Positions 36,601-47,548 of a DNA stretch of 64,000 nt are shown here, piece by piece. The translations under genes were made by a program, and so were the position numbers. The notes below the pieces were generated by a model that worked only from the letters and a program-made list of their open reading frames with translations, searched no databases and was not told the DNA's origin. Each line of letters starts with the position of its first letter. Within the stretch, counting starts at the first letter, position 1. This stretch comes from Amphiscolops sp. MND2022 (taxonomy: Eukaryota). The stretch is from positions 78,122,001 through 78,186,000 of the forward strand of contig OZ076409.1 of assembly GCA_964187785.1 (NCBI GenBank), in the 5' to 3' direction.

Positions 36601-39434
36601 GGTGGAAACAGGCAAACAAAGGTTGATGACGAGATGAAAACAGCTATTGCCGATTACCTTGAAAGTAATCCGCTCCTTACCTGAAACGAGATTAATTTTC
36701 GATTAAAGGCTAATTTACCACAAAAACCGACAACTTCAATCAAGACATTATCTCGATCGATCAATGACCTCGCCTTCACTCTTAAACTAAATCGTGACAG
36801 CCTAGCTCAACGAAACACCCCCGAAACATTAGCTGCACGGAAACAATACGCAGAGTGGATTCTCAGTGCAGACGCTGTAGGTGCAGAGAAAATATATGAG
36901 GATGAATTCGGTGTAAATATTCACACTAAGCGCTCATTTGGTCGCGCATTGAGAGGAGAAAGGGCCATACGAGTAACCTCAACTCAAAGTGGTCAAAATG
37001 TGTCAGTATGCGCAGCTGTATCAGCTGAGCATGGACTCATCTACTTCGAGATTTTCCAAGGTTCTGTGATCTTCGAAAAATTTCGCAACTTTCTGCAAAT
37101 TGTCAGCGGGAATATCATAACTGAATTCGGATACCAATACAACGCTCATTTAATATTTGACAACGCTCCTAGTCACAGGAATGTTGAGGATGAGTCTGGA
37201 CTTATCTCCATCAAGAGATTGCCAAAATATTCCCCATTCCTCAACCCGATTGAGATGGCATTTTCGTCCTGGAAGGCCGCTATAAAAAGAGAATTGGCAA
37301 GTTAACAAGATTTGTTTATAAATATACCAGAAACACAACTTCAGGGTAGAAGTCTGAAATTGTACCGTTTCGAAATGGTGAAGAAGATCATAGAAGACCA
37401 GGCTGTCGTTATTGACACTGCAAAATGCAAGGAGTGGCACAAAAATGCAATGACATTCATTCCAAGATGCATCGTGGAGGCAGAAATACTATATATCAAA
37501 CTCTTTCGTTATTTTCTGTTTTTGTATATTTGTCGAAATTGAATTTCCTGTGTTGAAATTCAAGTTCCGGAATGCCTCTTGTCGAAATCAAAGTTCCGCA
37601 GTGTTGAAATCAAAGTTCCGATGTGTTGAAATCAATTGACAAAAGGTATAGTTGTTCCCTTTTAGCGTAACATACAAAACCAAGTGAGACTAAAGGGCCC
37701 GTCCCTGCCTAGATTTTTTTCGGCACTGTGAGACTTTTCGAAAAGTTTTTATACGTCTTCGAAGGGCCTCCCTTCAAATTTTTTGATACTTTGCAATATA
37801 TAGGATGTTTAAAAAGCCCAAAGGGTTCAACTTTCACATTTTTCGGCACTGTGAGACTTTCAAAACTTCTATTTTTCGTCTGAAATAGTTTGTCTCAATA
37901 TATATCCACAAATAACTTTCTTCAATACTATCCGAATTTTTTTACGTTATATACGAAATAAATTGCATATTACCAAGGAGTGTGTTCGGAAGAAAGCGGT
38001 AACATTTGGCCCTGCACGCTATATCCGAACTTTTGATTTTATATCCGAAAATGTTAAATTTTCGGATACTGTGGAAGAGAAAAGTCGTTTTGAAATTCTT
38101 TGCTTTTTGAGCCTTCAGTGGGGGGTCAACTTATGCCGCTCCCTACTTGTTCAACCTAGTGTCACACTCCATGTCACACATTTTTAATCCACACAAACTG
38201 ACTAAAATAGTTCTTCAAAAGTTCTACAATCTTGAAATGTACCATTTGGGCGTAGCGAACTATATCAAGTTTTTTTCTGATATGATCAATATATTGCGCT
38301 ATATTCGAAGATTTGACGTTATATCCGAACTATATTGCGTTTAACTAACGAGACCGTATTACCAAGGCGTCGGCGGAGGTTGAAAAATAATATGCACAGC
38401 TTCCATAAGGTCGGCGTACGAAAGCATAATTACCACTCGCTCGTTACATCGCACGAGAAACGAATTTTAAATCTCACGCTTAGATTCACTGCCGAACAAA
38501 CAATCTGAATTTTTCAGTAGGTACTCAAAATTACGACAAAAACTGAACTGAAAAAAGTTCAATGATTCAGATTTCAAAAATATTCCTGCTATCGCAGAAA
38601 TAATGAAAACATTCGGATTAGATCCAGTCTCAGATAAAGATACATGAATTTAAAAATTAAAAAAACGAAAATTTTTCATGTATATTCCACAAAAAACCAT
38701 GCATACAATCTTTGTCGGGAGACAAATTTAGCTTGGGTTCTCGTTGTGTTGCATGCGCGAATATGGGCATCGTATGAGTCTGCAATTCTGAGATATAGGA
38801 GTTCAAAGCAAAAAAGTCATAAAAAGTATTTGTTCCATCTTGTTTCCAGTTGAATTTCTTGGGGATATTTTGCTTTTCACGATAACCTAATGTTACCTAA
38901 GTTTAGATTGGATCTAAAATCACCATACATATTTCAACATACAGTGGTAAACGTATCATTACGAACATTAACAATTTTCATGTCATAGGAAAGGGTTTAT
39001 TCACACATTTTGCTTTCACCCGTCACCTCCGGTTTTGAAAAACTGAAAACGTTATTAAAACATTTAGAATTCGACATACATTTACGTTCCAAAATGCGTT
39101 CGGAAATGTGGGACGATAGAAGTCTAAAATTCACATTGAGGGCTTCTTTAGCTCACGCAGAAATCTTAACAAAACAGTATGTAGGTTGGTTTAAACAATA
39201 AAAGTTCCCATTCAAACTTAATAATTAGTTGTTATTCAAATGAAGATCGCTTGATGTGCTCAAATATTTAACCTTTTGCTCCAGTTTTTCAGCCCGAAGT
39301 CGCGACTCGCGGAACTTCTCGTCCTGGGCCGAGATGAGCTTGGTGTGGAGGCGTCTCTTTCTCTCTAGAAGATGCTCCTGATAATCCTGCTCTCTCTCCT
39401 GTGCCATGTACCACAAATTGAGCCACTCCAGAGG
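27660..39434 (-). CDS. Six-exon host gene for an uncharacterised coiled-coil/acidic protein (5' end possibly further upstream)
   Basis: Phase-consistent GT-AG exons 39273-39434, 34429-34507, 28723-29023, 28452-28558, 27856-27944 and 27660-27785 give one open frame: PLEWLNLWYMAQEREQ..EQK-RRRQVLDK..LRE-SHDEEEE..ILTR-TFGPFL..NG-YGARHLW..DLK-KAFRVY..PYSS*. Confidence 0.7.
29080..29870. repeat. Dispersed repeat related to 14525-16593; reverse-orientation relative at 37680-38400
   Basis: Shared TTCGGATATAGCGTGCTGG, GAGAAAACCTAATTT and GTCTCAGAGTGCCGAAAAA motifs. Confidence 0.6.
32079..32461. mobile_element. hAT-type MITE, nested
   Basis: TIRs CAGGGATTGGAAAA / TTTTCCAATCCCTG and 8-bp TSD TCTATTTA. 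Confidence 0.88.
32535..32986. mobile_element. Mutator-like MITE, nested
   Basis: TIRs GCGGGACAAAACAGCCGATTTTAAA / TTTAAAATCGGCTGTTTTGTCCCGC and 9-bp TSD CAAATTCCT. Confidence 0.88.
36264..37650 (+). mobile_element. IS630/Tc1/mariner-superfamily DNA transposon
   Basis: TIRs TATACCGTTTGTCAATTGA / TCAATTGACAAAAGGTATA with TA ends, subterminal GGAACTT repeats, internal transposase. Confidence 0.9.
36446..37500 (+). pseudogene. IS630-like DDE transposase
   Basis: MAPRRNYNKI..; IYEDEFGVN; QNVSVCAAVS; IFDNAPSH; LPKYSPFLNPIEMAFSSWK; in-frame stops and a frameshift. Confidence 0.88.
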
Positions 39435-39533
39435 CTGAAATTGTTGAAACACATCATACAAAACTAGCCACAAATAAATGAAACGGTCCGACGTTAAGAT
39501 ACCACAGAATTCCAATATTACAGTATTAAGCAT

Positions 39534-39752
39534 TGTTGTATCTCTAATAGACGTGTAAGAAAGAGAATTCAGTGTTAAAATTCAACTGTTCTTTTGCTAT
39601 ACTTTTTCTATTTGTTAGCACAAAGCTTCATCTGCACTTATGTGGCAGGACAGGTATTTAATCAATAAATAGCAATATTATAGATATAAACACAAACAAA
39701 AAAGCAGACTAAATAGTTCCTAGAATCTAAATGAGTTCGTCTGTCCTCTACA
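39534..39752 (-). repeat. 3' LTR
   Basis: TG...CA; direct repeat of 44709-44925, roughly 90% identical by eye. Confidence 0.92.
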
Positions 39753-39775
39753 TTCCCCCTTCTACTATTGGCTGG

Positions 39776-42700
39776 TCATTCCTCCACTGGTCCAGTGTTT
39801 GGTGGACGATTAACCGTTCTTGGCAGTTTGGTCTGTTCCGGTTTGCAATTGGCCGTAACGTCTGGATTGGATTCTGTGACCGGTCTAAGGATTGTTGTCT
39901 TCCCTCTCCGGTTGAGCTTCTGATTGACTCGGCGTGGCCCCGAGTTCGGTCTTTTTACGGTGTTTCCTGTAATCATGACAAACCGGGTTATTACATCTAA
40001 AGATTGGATTAGTTTTTGTCAATCTCTTTGATCTGCGTATAGGTTCTTTTTCTTCAGTGTCAATTTCAATACTTGAGCCCAGGTTACTTGCTAGGTCTAG
40101 ATCAGAGTTTTCTAGATTATCTTCTAATGTGTTCGAATTTATGTTACCAGCAAATACCTTACCGTTTTCGTTCCGGATAAAAAATCCTGGTCTGCGCGTT
40201 TAGCGTCTTCTATGGCACGGTCTACTTCCACGTCCGTCATGTTTGTTGCTGTAATGGTTGGTGAACGCGTCCCGGCATAGGTGTTTGGTGTTTGTGGGGA
40301 GTTTGGGCTGGTGCAGTCTCTGATTAGCTTTGGTCTGCCTCGTCCGAACGTACTTTTTTTGAGAGTCGTATTGTCGAGAGGCTCTGGCATCTTTGGGCTC
40401 TCTGTATCCATCAATGGCGTCTCTGATCCGCTGTCCGATTCTATCATCATTGCCCGTTTTTGTCCGCGTTGTCCAATCCCTCTGTTGTTTTGTTACTGGA
40501 TAAAATAAGAGTTAGGTTTACAAATCATTTTCCTATGTAAAACTCTTCCGTTGGGAGTCGTTACGGCATGGTTTGTGCCCGATATTGCTAATTGTGGTTT
40601 ATCGGAACATGCACTTCGAAATTTACTTCGTTGGTGTTTTTCTAAAAATGAAAAGGGATACTTACTAACTCCTTTTGTGTTTTTCTTCGGCTTCATTGGC
40701 AGCTGGTCAGACACACCGCCAGCTCCACTTAATATTTTATCAAGGTTTAGTCAGTTGTTATCTCCGTATTTGGTTTTCTGCCGTAATGGGAGTTCGAAAG
40801 CGGATTTTATCAGTCGTGTGTGCGACGTTTTTCTCATTACGTCCAGAGACATATCCAGAGCCCTACCGAAACGTTCACCGGCTTCAATGTTCATTAAAAG
40901 AATTTTTTATCAGGGTTCTGACCCCCCGTTCTACCAAACCGGTGGGCGTATGGATATACAGTTTCCCATATATTAATTTGATGTGGTTTTTGCAAAAGTC
41001 TCTGAACAGGCATTCCGTGAATGCGGTAGCTTTGTCCGTTCTAATAGTTTTTGGTATACGTTTAGCCGGATGTATTGGTCAAGACATTTTACCGCCGTTT
41101 CACAGTCCGTAGACGTGCAAAAGGTTGCCGTCGGCCATTTACTGAACCGATCCATGGATAATAAAATGAAAAATCGGCGGTTGTTTTCCGTTATTGGTCC
41201 AATGAAATCCAATTGGATTTCTTCGTTTGGGCTATTTAACCGAGGAAGGTTATTCGTTACCGTGTCCGGTATGTTAGGCTTAATGTTCTTATCGGACATT
41301 TTGCAAGGGATGCATGATTCACACTTTTGTATTGCCTCGGTCATTCTCGGCCACTAGAAGTGTCGTTCTGCAATTGTCATCTTATTGATGGCAGGATGGC
41401 CGTTATGTAACAGGCTGATAATGGTAGTTCGGAGGTTCTTTAAGACGATGATTTTGTCCTCGATAAAGACCAGACCGAACCGGCTTGGCAATCTCTTCTT
41501 ATGGGGCTGATATTCATCCAATATTATTTCGTGCTGTTGACGTTCCAAGCGATCCAAAATTTTTAGCGAGGTCGGATCATTGGTAGTCTCGGTCATCAGT
41601 AATTGTAGGTCTGTTGAAAAATTCTACTGTTTCTCTTAGTTTCGAGATCACAGTTGTCTTCTTGTGCTGCGATTTTTGGGGCAAGTCCCATCTTGACGTA
41701 TTGGACGCTGTTTACCCCGACGTAGCGTGGAGTATCCGTCTAAGAGTCAATCTCGCCTTCTTCCATCGGCCCTTGGGGCTGACGATGGTCCAGTCATATC
41801 GTTGTTTGGCCGGTGTTGGTCGATCCATTTCCCAGAAGGGATCTACGGTCCATTTTTTCAACCGTCCTGTTTGAAGTTGAAAGCCTCCGCTGTGTTGGCG
41901 ACCGATTCTCTGTCGTAGGTCACATTGTTCCCGGTCTCGAATGATTTGTTGTCCCGGCCTCGAGGTTTATAATAAGTGAAATGTGCTAACCGGTCCAGCC
42001 GTCTCGTTAGCCGTGCGCTATGTTTTATTGGATAGGTTTCGTTCATTCATTGGCACTACGGCCTGATGCTCCGTGAGTAATTTAATCGGCTTACCGTAGA
42101 TATACAATCGGAAGTGTTATAATCCCCAAACTACGACAAATAGTTCGAGTTCGTTTATCGCGTATTTCCAGTATCTAAAAATGGGCTTGCGAAAGCGATT
42201 AGTTTTAGTTTTCCGTCTGGCTGTTCTTGCCAAAGTGTTGCACCGAGGCCTTTCGTACTGGCGTCGGTTGTTATAACGTTCGGATAATTTGAATTGTAAC
42301 GAGCCAGACACGGTATCCGTGATCTTTTGCTTGAGATTTTCAAATGCCTGTGTGCGTTCTTCGGTCCAAAGCCATTTATTGTCCTTCTTTAAGAGATGTC
42401 TTAGGCTATCCGTTTGTGCGGATAGGTTATCTATGTATTTGGACAAGTACTGGATGGCCCCGAAAAATGATTTGAAATTTTTCTCGTTATTGGGTCGTTT
42501 CAAATCTTTTATTGCCATCACTTTGTCCTGCAGTGGCCTGATTTCGTTTTGGTTTATTTTATGGCCAATACATTCTATCTCCGTTTCAAAAAATTCGGAT
42601 TTATTTTCGCTGAGTCTATATTCGGCATTTTCCAGTCGGGTTAGAACGTCTATTAGTTCCTTTTTTGTTGTTCTTTTGAGCCATTGGTTACGATGATAGA

Positions 42701-44655
42701 ATCATCTAACCATGCCGGGTGTTTGTTTTCCAATGTTTGGTCAATTTTCTCCTGAAAAACTGTCGGTATGTCCGTTGACCCGTAAAACCCTTTTAAGAAA
42801 CGGTAGTAACCGGTAAAATTCCCAGCGGTTACGGCTAATATGCAAAAGTTTCGGGCGTCTCTGGACAATAGTAGCTGGCCATACGCATAGTCCAGGTCGA
42901 ACTTCGAAATCCAAATCTGGACTGCCGGTCCATCCGCAACCTTTCTGGCAACCCTGGAAATTAATTCTTCCATATCAGTCATCTGTGCCTTTCTTTTGAT
43001 GGTAATTCCGTTCAACTTTCGCTAATTCAGAGCGACCTTCACCGACTTGTCCTTCTTAACTGTTTCGTCAGCCCGGCTGCAATCACGGTATTCATCAATG
43101 TTGTTTGCGTTTTCGATATGGCCGTGTTTCATGAGATTATCGATTCCTTTTTCGATTGTTGTAAGTGTATCGGTATTAGTCTTAATTTTTGCTGAATCAA
43201 TTTTGCGTCTTCCTTGAATTGTATTTTGACTTCGAGTCCATTCAAGTTGTGGTTTTCCTTGAAAATTTTTCTAAACTTTCTTTTAGGGTTGTTATGCCCG
43301 GATCTTTCGCATGACTTGTCTGTGGATCGGTCTTACCGGTATCCAGCGTTATTCCCAATTTTTCCATCCAGTCCAAACCTAGTAAAGGGTTTGTTTTCTT
43401 CGTTGGTACCAGGATTTCGAGGTTATTTCGCTTCCCGTTTATTTCTACTGTTGCGATTGTCTTTCCTTGGAATCTAATCCGGTTGTCATCTTCGTCTTTA
43501 TATTCAGTTTCAATTGGCTTCAGTGGGTTATTCTGTTGAAATGCCATTTCGGTATTAAGGTTACCGGTGAGCCGCTATCTTTATAAATTTCATTGGCCCG
43601 TTATTGACCAATGCGGTAAGAGTGAAGATTCCCATTCTTTTTCATTTGGCGTGTCGAATGGATCTTTCGATTTACGGAAAGGATTGTGTTTGGTGACAAA
43701 TCGTTCTCTTCCGCACTGCTTGTTTCATGTTCTTGTATGCGGTTAACTCTTTTGTTTGTTCCACAGCATTTCGCGTAGTGGCCGATCTTTTCGCATTTCG
43801 CACATTTCATTCCCCGAGGGGGACATTCGTGCTGTCTAGACCAGTTGGAAGCTCCGCATCTATTACAGTCTAGTTTTTTTTTAATTTAGCTGGTTTATCC
43901 AATGGTTCTTTCGTACTTTTTGACTTTCTTTCATTGATATCGAAGTTTCTCATCTTCTGTTTCTGGTGAGTCGTTTAATTTTTCATACATGTACTCGCGT
44001 AGTGCTTCGGCAATTGCCTCCACTGACATGTCGCTTTTTCTGATTTTTTTCTTGAGGTTATAATCGCCTGTCGATTTATCGATTACGGATAAGAATTTTG
44101 ATGCCAAGAGTTCCGCTGCGGATATTGTTTCGAATTCGCAGTTTCTCTCGATTTCTAGTTTCCGTTTCCAGACGTCTGCCGCGGACTCTCCATCTCGTTT
44201 CAGGTCGAAAAAATCGGCTCTACTGTGTTGGACATTTCTCTCAGGTGTGAAATGTAGTCGGAATAATGTGTATAATTTGTGTAACGGTAGTGAGCTCGGA
44301 TGTTTCTCTAACCGTTTTGATCATTTCCGTGATAGCACTTTGCCCACAAAAATATGTCTTTTATCTTTGTTTCTAATTGATCACGGTATTGTGGCAGTAT
44401 CTCTTTGCTGTTTGTCATTGTCGATAAGTCTAGGTCCTTTGTCATCTTTATGTACTGTACAAAGTTCCGCCACCACATGCTTGTATTGGTATAATCTTGC
44501 TTTTCCAATGTTGGAATGGTGAGTTTCTGGGTACATGTCCGTTCATTGGTTCTGTTGAGCGTATCGTTTGGTAGCAGTTGTTCACCTGAGTGTGGTCCCG
44601 CCGACGTCCTGTTGGTGACTCCGTTCCTTGGAGTAGTGTTTGTGCTGTCATCCAT
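39776..44655 (-). pseudogene. gag-pol of the Gypsy element
   Basis: CAKCEKIGHYAKCC, ISKFDLDYAYGQL, WLDDSII, FFGAIQYLSKYI, TTDASTKGLGATLWQ, LHNGHPAINKM, IQLDFIGP..MDRFSKWP; many frameshifts. Confidence 0.92.
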
Positions 44656-44708
44656 TAGATTTTTTGTAAAGGTCCTCTGTAACTCTTATGGTTACTCTGA
44701 CTACGCAA

Positions 44709-44925
44709 TCTTGTATCTCTAATAGACATGTAAGAAAGAGAATTCAGTGTTGAAATTCAACTGTTCTTTTGCTATCCTTTTTCTATTTGTTAGCACAAAG
44801 CTTCACCTGTTTTTAAGTGGCAGGACAGGTATTTAATCAATAAATAGCGATAATATAACTAAACACAAACAAGAAAGCAGACTAGTTAGTTTCTAGAGTC
44901 TAAATGAGTTCGTCTGTCCTCTACA
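44709..44925 (-). repeat. 5' LTR
   Basis: Direct repeat of 39534-39752; followed by TSD AGCAT. Confidence 0.92.
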
Positions 44926-45276
44926 AGCATATTCAAGATTCCCTGTTTTCGTCTAGGAACAGATGCATAGAGTGTTTTCATCTAAAAGTTTGGAATTCAG
45001 TAAAACTCTTTCTCGGTGAAAATCGTTGTTCCAAATTTTGGCATTTTTTGAACAAAACCTGTCTTTTTTCAGCAGCCGATCTGTGGTTCTTGTTCGAAAA
45101 TTTCATCAAGATTTGGAAAAGGTACAACAGTAAACTTTTGACTGCTTCAATTAAACTGCTCGATTGTTTTTGATGGAAAATTCTGTCGCTTCGGATCGAA
45201 GAAATCACGAGATCAACTTTGCAAGCAGCTTTTTGGAATTGAGGAAAATCAACGGAAAGCAATCAGTCAGTATTTG

Positions 45277-45452
45277 GTGATTCAAGAATCTCAGACTCTA
45301 GAGTAGCTAGAAAAGCGAACGACGGTATATCAATCGCAACCTGCTTTGTCTTGCCAAAGTGTCTTCATTTTCATTCTTCTGGCCAACCTTCTCCTGATGC
45401 CTTAAACGTTTCGCTTTTCTGGCTACCCTAGAGTCAGAGATTCTTGAATCAC
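45277..45452. mobile_element. Short palindromic MITE
   Basis: GTGATTCAAGAATCTCAGACTCTAGAGTAGCTAGAAAAGCGAAC pairs with TTCGCTTTTCTGGCTACCCTAGAGTCAGAGATTCTTGAATCAC. Confidence 0.75.
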
Positions 45453-45902
45453 AGTAAAATTCCGTAAAAACTCACGATGAATTACTAAGTGGGACGTTGA
45501 AAATTTGCAGAACGACAATCAAAAATGCTGAACCAATCAGATGAAGGATCATATTTCTTTAGTTTAAATTCAAGTTTGAGGTTACATGGCATTTCAACCG
45601 TTGCAATTTAAACTGCTGACAATTTCCATCTATTGCATTTTACACCTTCAGCTATATCGACCTGAAATACATTTGGTTAATTACTTTTAGTTCGCCATGA
45701 TTATTATTTCAAAACAATAGTAGTGAAGCAAAGAGGCTGTATTACGGGTAACTATTTATGAGAAAGAAAAAATGTATCAGAGAATTAGTGATCAACATGG
45801 GTGTGCGTTGATTGCGTACGCAATTTTAGGCGCAATGACGCAATATCGACCGAAATTTTCGTTTAACGCAATGAGACGCAATTATGACGCGATATTGACC
45901 TG

Positions 45903-46098
45903 TTTCTCAGAAATACTTTCCTTACTTTTTGCATGCCAGATTTCTCAGAAATACTTTCCTTACTTTTTGCATGCCAGATTTCTCAGAAATACTTTCCTTA
46001 CTTTTTGCATGCCAGATTTCTCAGAAATACTTTCCTTACTTTTTGCATGCCAGATTTCTCAGAAATACTTTCCTTACTTTTTGCATGCCAGATTTCTC
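45903..46098 (+). repeat. 38-bp tandem repeat x5 inside the hAT element
   Basis: TTCTCAGAAATACTTTCCTTACTTTTTGCATGCCAGAT; GCATGCC recurs at 45931, 45969, 46007, 46045 and 46083. Confidence 0.97.
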
Positions 46099-46138
46099 AA
46101 ACACTTTCCAATACTTTCTTCTCATTTTTAAGATTGAA

Positions 46139-47548
46139 ATGGGAATTACGAAGGCACCGGGTCCACGATATGTAAAGATTTGCCAGGAGGCACAAACGTT
46201 TGGGAGTTTAATGCTCAGAAAAATACAATTTTTTGCAAAGCCTGCATTTATGACGTTGATTATTGCGCCAGCAATGTGAAGTACCGACTCAAAAGTCACT
46301 ACGAATCTGGTGGTCACCTTCATAAAGTCGAGTTACGGAAAAAACAGCAATTACTCGCAACATCGATGGAAGGTGAGAATGCATTTGAAAAAGACTTGGT
46401 CAAAACATTGGTGTTATCTGGGAAACCAATTTCTATGGTCGAATGCGAACATTTTAAAGGGTTTATTGAGCGTTGGACTGGGAAAAAAGTTCCAAGTCGA
46501 ACTTCTTTAACAAGAAATTATATGGAAGGGAACATTATTGAGAAATTTAAGAATTGTAAGTTTGCATTAACAATTGACGAGGCGCGTGATGTTTGTGGCA
46601 CATCCGTTGCGGGTGTGTTGGTTAACAACTTGGACAACAACGAAAAGCCTGCTTTGATAGAGGTTATTGAGCTTGATGTGACAAACCATCGAACGATTAT
46701 ACAATTGGTGACGAAGGTTTTGAATCTTTTGTGCCCCGACGGTGACTACGCGCAGTTTAAGATGTTTGTTACCGATGACGCATCTTATATGTTGAAGCGG
46801 GTTCAATTTTAAAAGAATCCTATGATATTCTTCATGTTACATGCGTTGCACATGCTCTGCATAGACTTTCTGAATTTGTTCGGTCAAAGCGTCAAATTTT
46901 GGACAATTTTGTGTCTTAGATGAAGAAAATTTTGCTGAAAAGTAATCATAGAAAGACGTTTTATAGGGAAATTACCGAATTACCGCTTCCACCCCAGCCT
47001 GTCGTTAAACGTTGTGGAACTTGGATCTCAACAGTTGTGTTTATTCCGAAAACTTTGAGAAAATGAAAGATTTTATTCATGGAATTGAAAATGACGATAC
47101 TGACGTTGTTCTCAAATTGAAAACCCTTTTGTCAGAAAACGAGGAAGTTTTGGCTGCCCAGTTGTTTGTGAATGTTAATTTTGGGTTTTTGCCATCTTCG
47201 ATAGAGGCCTTACAGAAGAGGCAAAGTCTTGGTGAAGCGGTAAAGATTTTGGAACAAGTGATTGAAAAAGTTACATCTGATATTTATAAACATCGTTTGG
47301 ATTTTATATAAAGCAAGAACCCCGATCTAAAGGTGCTCTTGAATTTTGGTGCAGTCATCAACGGAAATGTTTTCAGTCTTGATGTTACACCGGATACTGC
47401 ACTTACTTTTGTTCATTCGCCCATTGTAAGTGCTGAAATTGAACGGGTATTTTCGAGGATGAGCTTTTTGCTCAGTCCTCAACGTCTGAGCATGACGTTC
47501 GAACATTTAAGAATGCAGCTGATACTCGGTTGGAACAGCGAATATTAA
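46139..47548 (+). pseudogene. hAT (CGGBP1/DUF659-like) transposase
   Basis: Zinc finger FCKAC..H....H; FALTIDEARD; FVTDDASYM; HVTCVAHALHR; PLPPQPV..R.GTW; SAEIERVFS; frameshifts and stops. Confidence 0.85.

Larger units (their letters stand above)
39534..44925 (-). mobile_element. Ty3/Gypsy LTR retrotransposon, full length, decayed
   Basis: LTRs 39534-39752 and 44709-44925; 5-bp TSD AGCAT; PPT AGAAGGGGGAA (39753-39763); PBS-like TTGCGTAGTC (tRNA-Ser-like); gag CCHC knuckles, protease DSGSP, RT WLDD, RNase H TDAS, integrase (PR-RT-RH-IN order). Confidence 0.95.

Noticed and set aside
44978..45262. Upstream exon of the 27660-39434 gene
   Set aside because: No convincing in-phase splice sites found.
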